Positions 47,600 to 53,638 of a DNA stretch of 53,638 nucleotides are shown piece after piece. Source of the stretch: Actinomycetota bacterium (lineage in GTDB: Bacteria > Actinomycetota > Acidimicrobiia > IMCC26256 > VFJJ01); contig VFJJ01000103.1 of NCBI GenBank assembly GCA_009886115.1, positions 1 to 53,638 on the forward strand, written 5' to 3'. Made by a program: the position numbers and the translations under genes. Under the pieces are notes generated by a model. The model had not been told where the DNA came from. It saw only the letters and a program-made list of their open reading frames with translations, and ran no database searches. Numbering within the stretch: the first letter of the stretch is position 1; each line of letters opens with the position of its first letter.

Positions 47600-47688
47600 G
47601 TGCACGGGAGCGGACGGGCACCTGCCGAGAAGCCACCGCCCCCGCCGGAGCACGGTCGCAACCCGCCTCGAGCCGAGAGCCCTCGACC

Positions 47689-48831
47689 TCAGCCGTCGAG
47701 CGTCGCCGAGAGCCGGTCGGCGGCGGCGAGATACTCGTCGACCATGTCGACGATCACCTGGCGCACGGGCTTCACGTCGTTCATCTGCCCGACGACCTGA
47801 CCCACGAAGTAGTTGACGAGGGCCCGGGCGCCCGGATTGACGTGCGCCGCACGGGCGATGCGCTGCTCGGCCTGACCCACGAGCATGGGCTGCAACGGCA
47901 TCGGCAGCGGATCGGGGTTCGCCGGGTCGGCCCACTCGTCGGTCCAGGCACTGCGGAGTTGGCGGGCAGGCTTGCCGGTCTTGGCCCGCGACCGCACCGT
48001 GTCGGACGATCCCGCCGCGAGGAACTTCTCCTTCACGACCGGATGGGTCTCGGCCTCCTCGGTCGTGAGCCACACCGAGCCGCACCACACGCCCTCGGCA
48101 CCGAGCGCCAACGCCGCGGCGATCTGGCGGCCCGTTGCGATCCCGCCCGCCGCCAGCACCGGCAGCGGCGCCACGGCGTCGACCACCTCGGGGACGAGCA
48201 CCATCGTGGCGACCTCGCCGGTGTGCCCGCCAGCCTCGCCGCCTTGGGCCACGATCAGATCGACGCCCATCGCCTTGTGGCGCAAGGCATGGACCGGAGT
48301 ACCGGCGAGGGCCGCGACGAGCACGCCCTGGCTGTGGGCCCGCTCGACCAGCTCGGGGGGAGGCGGGCCGAGCGCGTTGGCGACGACGGAGACCCGGTGC
48401 GCCAGGGCCACGTCGAGCAACGGAGCGACCGTCTCGTAGGCCAGGTTCCAGCCTCGGACCGCGCCCGCGCGTCCACCGCCAGCGGGGCCATCGTCCGCAG
48501 GCAGCGGCGGCACCCCGTACTTGCTCATGAGCGAACGCACGAACTCCCGATGGGCATCGGGGATCAGGTCGCGGATCTCGGCCCCGTCGAGCCCGCCGCG
48601 ATCGCGGCCGACGAACTTCGCGGGCACCAGCACGTCGACGCCGTAGGGCTTGTCGCCGACGCGCTCCTCGATCCAGGCCAGCTCCACCTCGAGCTGCTCG
48701 GGCGTGAGCGCCGTCACGCCGAGCACCCCGAAACCCCCCGCCCTGCTCACCTCGGCCACGACGTCGCGGCAGTGGCTGAACGCGAAGATCGGAAGATCGA
48801 TGCCGAACAGGTCGCACACACGGGTTCGCAC
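47689..48831 (-). CDS. Nitronate monooxygenase/FabK-like flavin oxidoreductase
   Basis: PIFAFSHCRDVV, AQGGEAGGHTG, VLAAGGIATG, GVWCGSVWL. Confidence 0.92.
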   Translation of the reverse strand: MRTRVCDLFGIDLPIFAFSHCRDVVAEVSRAGGFGVLGVTALTPEQLEVELAWIEERVGDKPYGVDVLVPAKFVGRDRGGLDGAEIRDLIPDAHREFVRSLMSKYGVPPLPADDGPAGGGRAGAVRGWNLAYETVAPLLDVALAHRVSVVANALGPPPPELVERAHSQGVLVAALAGTPVHALRHKAMGVDLIVAQGGEAGGHTGEVATMVLVPEVVDAVAPLPVLAAGGIATGRQIAAALALGAEGVWCGSVWLTTEEAETHPVVKEKFLAAGSSDTVRSRAKTGKPARQLRSAWTDEWADPANPDPLPMPLQPMLVGQAEQRIARAAHVNPGARALVNYFVGQVVGQMNDVKPVRQVIVDMVDEYLAAADRLSATLDG

Positions 48832-48925
48832 GACCGCAGGGTACGCGACCGGTCCGCGTCGCCCGCGGCATGCGCGAGACGCGGCATGCGCGGCGTGGTC
48901 GGCCGCCGCTGGAAAGCTCGGCCCA

Positions 48926-49085
48926 TGGACGGAGTCCCCGACCCGGCACCACGACGCGCCTGGCACGGTGGCGTCGCCACACCGACGGCCCACTGCTCGT
49001 GCTCGCCGTGGGCAGCCTCCCGCCGCTGTTGCTGGACGTCGAGCGCCAGGGGCCGGTCGAAGCGGCAGCCGAGTCGAGTCGATAG
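48926..49085 (+). pseudogene. Possible remnant of an ion-channel/membrane protein N-terminus
   Basis: RLARWRRHTDGPLLVLAVGSLPPLLLD resembles the first TM of actinobacterial K+ channel proteins; nearest ATG is out of frame. Confidence 0.35.
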
Positions 49086-49096
49086 CGTGCGCCTCC

Positions 49097-49822
49097 ATGG
49101 CTCAGAACGTTCCCCCCTTCGACTACACCGACGATGCGCTGGCCCTGCGACAGTTCGTGTTCGAGTACTGGTGCGAGCACGGCCGCGGGCCCAACTTCCG
49201 CAACGTGCACGAGGCCATCGGGCTCGACCGGCGACGGATCGTCCAGGCCTACAAGCAGCTCCAGCTCGGGATCACCGTCGTGGTCAACGCCGACGCCCAG
49301 AACTGCGACCTGTTGAAGATCCCCCCGTTCTCGTCGTTCCCGTCCCAGGTCGAGTGCTACATCGACGACCGGTTCCACAGCTACATCGGCTGCGCGTCGG
49401 AAGCTGTGGCGGTCTCGAACATGCCGCCCTTCCGAGACAAGGAACTGCGCCTCGAGTCGTGGTGCGCGTGCTGTCTCGCCCCGATCACCTTGGTGTCGAA
49501 GAACTTCGTGCTCGAGAGCGTGCGCCCCGAGGGCGTGATGGTGCACATCTCGGCCAGCCCGTGGGACTGGAACAACGACACGATGGGCTCCATGTGCGAC
49601 GCCATGAACTTCGTGCTCGATCACGAGCACGCCGATCGCTACGAGCGCCAGGTGAGCCGCCGGGGCATCCGGGTCACGCTGCCGGTGATGAAGGAGTTCG
49701 TCGCCAGCGTGGCCGAGGTTCGGATGTGGGACTACCACTGGCCACCCGGCGCCATGAACCCCGAGTCGGTGATCGACGTGTTCCGCTCGCGCGGCGTCGA
49801 CACGACGTGCTGGGACGGCTGA
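49097..49822 (+). CDS. Organomercurial lyase (MerB)-like protein
   Basis: N-terminal HTH-like region, PPFS, YIGCASEA, ESWCACC..PI, MCDAMNF follow the MerB layout. Confidence 0.75.
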   Translation: MAQNVPPFDYTDDALALRQFVFEYWCEHGRGPNFRNVHEAIGLDRRRIVQAYKQLQLGITVVVNADAQNCDLLKIPPFSSFPSQVECYIDDRFHSYIGCASEAVAVSNMPPFRDKELRLESWCACCLAPITLVSKNFVLESVRPEGVMVHISASPWDWNNDTMGSMCDAMNFVLDHEHADRYERQVSRRGIRVTLPVMKEFVASVAEVRMWDYHWPPGAMNPESVIDVFRSRGVDTTCWDG

Positions 49823-49839
49823 GAGCCAAGGGGCGCATC

Positions 49840-50691
49840 ATGGATCTCGGCCTCGTCATCTTCCCCACCGACCTCTCGGCGCGCTTCGACGACGTGGCCG
49901 TCGAGGCCGAGGCGCGCGGGTTCGAGTCGCTGTTCATGCCCGAGCACACGCACATCCCAGCGAGTCGCGTGTCGCCGTATCCGATCGGCGGTGATCTCCC
50001 CGAGGAGTACCGCCGCATCCACGACCCCTTCGTCGTGATGGCCGCAGCGGGCGCGCGCACGTCTCGCATCAAGCTCGGGACGAGCGTGGCGCTCCTGGCC
50101 CAGCGTGATCCGATCGTCACCGCCAAGGCCGTTGCGTCGCTCGACATCATGTCGGACGGTCGCGTCGTGCTCGGCGTGGGCTACGGCTGGAACCGCGAGG
50201 AGGCAGCCGACCACGGGGTGGTGTTCGCGTCCCGACGCGAACGGTTGCGCGAGCACGTGCTGGCCATGAAGGAGCTCTGGACCCGCGAGGAAGCGAGCTT
50301 CGCCGGCGAGTTCGTGAGCTTCGAGCGGGTCTGGCAGTGGCCCAAACCCGTGCCGCGACCCGACCGTCCGCATCCCCCGGTCTACCTCGGCTCCAAGCCC
50401 GGGCCCCGTTCGTTCGCCCATGTCGTCGAGTGGTGCGACGGGTGGATGCCCATCCCCTTCCTCAGCCCCGACTTCGCGGCGACGCTGGCCGAGCTGCGCC
50501 AGACGGCCGAGGCAGCCGGACGCGACCCGGCGACCGTCCGCATCACGGCCTGCGGCGGCCTCCCGGATCGCGCGTTGCTCGACAGCTGGCAGGCCCTCGG
50601 CGTCGAGCGCACCATCCTGGGCCTCCCCAGCGCCGGCCTCGACGACGTCCGGCAGGTGCTCGACTCCCACGCAACGCTGCTCGACCGGTAG
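49840..50691 (+). CDS. LLM-class F420-dependent oxidoreductase (Rv2161c-like)
   Basis: PEHTHIPASR, DPFV, RDPIVTAKAVASLD, GVGYGWNREE, WPKP. Confidence 0.92.
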   Translation: MDLGLVIFPTDLSARFDDVAVEAEARGFESLFMPEHTHIPASRVSPYPIGGDLPEEYRRIHDPFVVMAAAGARTSRIKLGTSVALLAQRDPIVTAKAVASLDIMSDGRVVLGVGYGWNREEAADHGVVFASRRERLREHVLAMKELWTREEASFAGEFVSFERVWQWPKPVPRPDRPHPPVYLGSKPGPRSFAHVVEWCDGWMPIPFLSPDFAATLAELRQTAEAAGRDPATVRITACGGLPDRALLDSWQALGVERTILGLPSAGLDDVRQVLDSHATLLDR

Positions 50692-50809
50692 CGCCGCCGA
50701 GTCGTGCGGGAGCCGGCGACTCAGGCACTGATCCGATCACGGTCACCGACTTCGCAGCGGCGCAGCGGCGCGGCGCAGAGCCACGAGTTCGGTGGGATCG
50801 GGGGTGAGC

Positions 50810-51046
50810 AGCTCGCCGCCCGATGACGAACACGGCGGGAGCGGCACAGATCTCGGGATGGCCCTCGACGGGGTACCAGAAGAGATCGCCCGTGACGTGC
50901 ACATCGGGGCGGTCGGCCAGGAAGGCGCGAAGCCCCGTCTTGAGGATCAGGATCGCGCGTTCCTGCCACTCGTTGTCGGCCATCGGCAACCCGTCGGAGT
51001 CGGGAGAGGCGACCGCGTCGCCGGGTTCCGGAGCGGTCAGGCTCAT
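50810..51046 (-). pseudogene. Uma2 (DUF820) endonuclease N-terminal remnant
   Basis: PDSDGLPMADN..Q...VTGDLFWYPVEG....APAVFV; catalytic PD reads PA; similarity lost before the E-x-x-S motif. Confidence 0.75.
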
Positions 51047-51192
51047 CCCCGGATCGAACCGGCGATCGTCGGCCCGGCGATCGATGCTCGATCGTTGGGG
51101 ACCGCCGACGACTCGCTGATCCCGTGCTCGCCGTTGTCCACCATGCTCGTCGCGGGCGCCGGTGCTCGTCGGACGTCCCTGCGGTCCGTACG

Positions 51193-51891
51193 ATGCAGGT
51201 GGTGGCGATCAGGGTGGTGGTGGCCGATGACAACTACCTGGTGCGCGAGGGCGTCGTGCGCCTGCTCGCCCGGCTCGACGACATCGAGGTCGTGGCCGCG
51301 GCCAGCGACCTCGACAGCCTGCTCGCGGCGGTCGAGACCGAGAGGCCCGACGTGGTCGTCACCGACATCCGCATGCCTCCCACCGGGACCGACGAAGGCG
51401 TACGCGCCGCGAACGCCCTACGCACCAGCCATCCGACGGTGGGAGTGGTGGTGCTCAGCCAATACGCCAGTGCCGGCTACGCGCTGGCGCTGCTCGACGA
51501 CGGCTCCGATCGACGGGCGTACCTGCTCAAGGATCGGGTGTCCGACGTCGCCGAGCTCGCTTCGGCCATCCGCACGGTCGCCGCGGGCGGCTCGGTCGTC
51601 GACCCCAAGGTGGTCGAGGAGCTCGTCGCGGCCCGGGCCCGGGCCAAGCGCTCCCCCATCGCGTTCCTCACGGTGCGCGAGCGCGAGATCATGGGCGAGA
51701 TGGCCCAGGGCAAGAGCAACGCTGCGATCGCCGCTGCGCTGCACCTGTCGGATCGGGCGGTGGAGAAGCACATCAACTCGATCTTCTCCAAGCTGGGGCT
51801 CAGCGAGGAGCCCGACGTGAACCGGCGGGTCAAGGCCGTGCTGGTCTTCCTGGCCGACGGGGGTGGCCAGCACCCCCGGCCGGGGTCGTGA
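51193..51891 (+). CDS. NarL/LuxR family response regulator
   Basis: VVADD, TDIRMPP, YLLKD, LTVREREI...SN..IA..L...VEKH. Confidence 0.95.
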   Translation: MQVVAIRVVVADDNYLVREGVVRLLARLDDIEVVAAASDLDSLLAAVETERPDVVVTDIRMPPTGTDEGVRAANALRTSHPTVGVVVLSQYASAGYALALLDDGSDRRAYLLKDRVSDVAELASAIRTVAAGGSVVDPKVVEELVAARARAKRSPIAFLTVREREIMGEMAQGKSNAAIAAALHLSDRAVEKHINSIFSKLGLSEEPDVNRRVKAVLVFLADGGGQHPRPGS

Positions 51892-51969
51892 CGGCATGGT
51901 TCTCGGACGCCGGGCCGTGTGTGACGATGGACGGGTCCCGACCATCGATCACTGCGGACCGAGCCCGCC

Positions 51970-52371
51970 ATGAGCGAGATCCCCGATACCGAACGACCTG
52001 TCGACGTGCTGATCGTCGACGACCAGGCGCCGTTTCGCGCGGCGGCACGGGCCGTGATCGCCCGGGTCGCCGGGTTCACGCTGATCGCCGAAGCGGAGTC
52101 GGGTGAAGAGGCGGTCGCGCTTCACGGCGATCTCCGACCCGATCTCGTCCTCATGGACATCAACATGGGCGGCATCGACGGCATCGAGGCGACCCGCCGG
52201 ATCACCGCGGTCGACCCGGCCACGATGGTGGTGCTCGTCTCGACCTACCGGCTCGACGAGCTCCCGGCGGGCGCACGAACGAGCGGCGCCAAGGCCTACG
52301 TGAACAAGGACGAGCTGAGCCCCCGTGTGCTGCGCCGCCTCTGGGCCGACGGCGGCGATCCCGCCTGGTGA
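51970..52371 (+). CDS. Single-domain response regulator
   Basis: LIVDDQ, LMDINM, DGIEATR, VST, YVNK. Confidence 0.93.
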   Translation: MSEIPDTERPVDVLIVDDQAPFRAAARAVIARVAGFTLIAEAESGEEAVALHGDLRPDLVLMDINMGGIDGIEATRRITAVDPATMVVLVSTYRLDELPAGARTSGAKAYVNKDELSPRVLRRLWADGGDPAW

Positions 52372-52388
52372 CCCAACCCCCAAACGAG

Positions 52389-52430
52389 CTGTCAGCGTCA
52401 CGGGCCGTATCCGGACCGTGACGCTGACAG
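52389..52430. terminator. 15-bp stem inverted repeat between convergent genes
   Basis: CTGTCAGCGTCACGG-12 nt-CCGTGACGCTGACAG. Confidence 0.75.
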
Positions 52431-52464
52431 GTGCGACGCCTCCTCCGTGCCAGGTTGCGCGACC

Positions 52465-53367
52465 TCAGTCGACCGTGAAGTCCGTTCGGAACAGTGCGAC
52501 GCCGTCATCCTCCGATTCGGAGACGACGATGTAGCTCCCCTTCGAGAGCTTCGGGAGGACGATCAGTGCCTGGTCGTCTGCGCCGACGGTGTCGAGCAGG
52601 CCACCGACGATGTCGGCGGGCCACTCACCGGCCGGGAACTCGCCCTCCCCGAACGATGCGGCGAAGTACTGGTTGATCCAGCCCTCGGCGTCGGCGAACG
52701 TCGCCCCCTCATGCAGCCGACCGATGGTGATCTCGTGCGGCTGACCCGACACGTTCCTCACGAGGAACGAGCCACCGTCGCCGATGTTGTCGGGCACGGT
52801 GTAGGAGCCGTCGTTGATGACGATCTCGCCGTCGGCATCGGGGAGCGCCTCGGCCGCAGCGCCATCGGGTGCCGCCCCCACCGTGAACGTGGTGACCATC
52901 CCGAGCGAGAAGTGCGGCTGACCGTCGGCCGTGCCGACGAAGCAGACGAGCGCGTAGTCGCCGGCGGTGATGCTATTGGTGACGACCGACGCCGAGCTGG
53001 CAGCGTCGATGAACGGTGGCATGCCGCGGAAGGCCTCGGGGTCCCCGGCAAGGAGGGGACCTGCGGCCGACTCGTCCTCCGACTCGAAGGCCGCGATGAG
53101 CTGTTGCTCGGTGACGCCTGCAGCGATCGGGAACAGCGCAGGGACGTGGAACTCGGCGCCGGCGTTCTGGAAGTCGATGCGCATGGGACCCTCATGCACC
53201 TCGCCCGAGAGCGCGAACGAGTAGTCCGCGGCCACGATGTCGAGCCGGTTGTCGCTCGCCGTATCCGCAGCGCTGTCGTCATCGTCGTCACCACAGGCAG
53301 CCGCCCCGGTCACCAGCACCAGGGCCAGGGCCAGAGCCGCCGTCGTCATCCTTCTCTGCTGCATCAT
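52465..53367 (-). CDS. Lipoprotein with tandem cupredoxin-like domains
   Basis: Lipobox AAA-C; domain 1 has N..EFH...YALVCFV....PHFSLGM; domain 2 has N..QPHE but lacks the C/H/M loop. Confidence 0.78.
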   Translation of the reverse strand: MMQQRRMTTAALALALVLVTGAAACGDDDDDSAADTASDNRLDIVAADYSFALSGEVHEGPMRIDFQNAGAEFHVPALFPIAAGVTEQQLIAAFESEDESAAGPLLAGDPEAFRGMPPFIDAASSASVVTNSITAGDYALVCFVGTADGQPHFSLGMVTTFTVGAAPDGAAAEALPDADGEIVINDGSYTVPDNIGDGGSFLVRNVSGQPHEITIGRLHEGATFADAEGWINQYFAASFGEGEFPAGEWPADIVGGLLDTVGADDQALIVLPKLSKGSYIVVSESEDDGVALFRTDFTVD

Positions 53368-53638
53368 GATCGCTCCCTCGTCGATGGATTCCCCGGTCGG
53401 TCGATTGCGGGCGTTCGTCACCCACTGCTACCGACGCACCACGAGCATCCGCGGGTGACAACCATCTGGCGAGGGCGCCACCCCTCCGATACGAGGGATG
53501 CCAGCCGAACCTGGCGCTGGGTGGCTGCGCCCGGTATCACGAGCACCGTGAGCAGCACGACGGTCGGCCATCCGCTCCTGAGGTCGGCTCCTCAGCCGGT
53601 ACAGGACCGTCGTCACGACGTGACGTGTTGGGGCGTCA

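Noticed and set aside
47842..50691. 949-aa fusion ending in an LLM domain
   Set aside because: Only the part from ATG 49840 is protein-like; the upstream portion overlaps other genes
53370..53638. ncRNA/riboswitch or short ORF upstream of the cupredoxin-like gene
   Set aside because: No recognisable conserved motif; region is cut by the window edge

Overview
High-GC actinobacterial chromosome segment. Acidimicrobiia is likely, by inference from the bL37 gene, the GYWLVAxDGGIFAFGDA repeat protein and the lipid-catabolic LLM/ACAD content. It has about 50 genes. Housekeeping genes: tatD-metG-rsmI, msrB, ychF, bL37 and an oxidative pentose-phosphate operon (gnd-zwf-ROK-phosphatase-pgl). Other modules: two back-to-back vapBC pairs, an acyl-CoA catabolic cluster, a decayed island-like segment next to the 3' end of ychF, a c-di-GMP/HDOD pair, an NYN-LOTUS protein, a Liv-type ABC transporter and a MerB-like/LLM pair. 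The most notable signals are: (1) a CMD/AhpD-family gene split by an in-frame TGA in a CxxU motif and followed by a SECIS-like hairpin (candidate selenoprotein); (2) mini-ORF relays that bridge intergenic gaps by stop/start overlaps, including a 2x96-bp MIRU-like element; (3) helically phased repeat arrays upstream of an AAA-DUF4143 gene and of both vapB genes; (4) several truncated genes and palindromic REP-like elements. I recognised no rRNA, tRNA, CRISPR array or intact transposase/integrase. All family assignments come from motif recognition by eye; no database searches were run.
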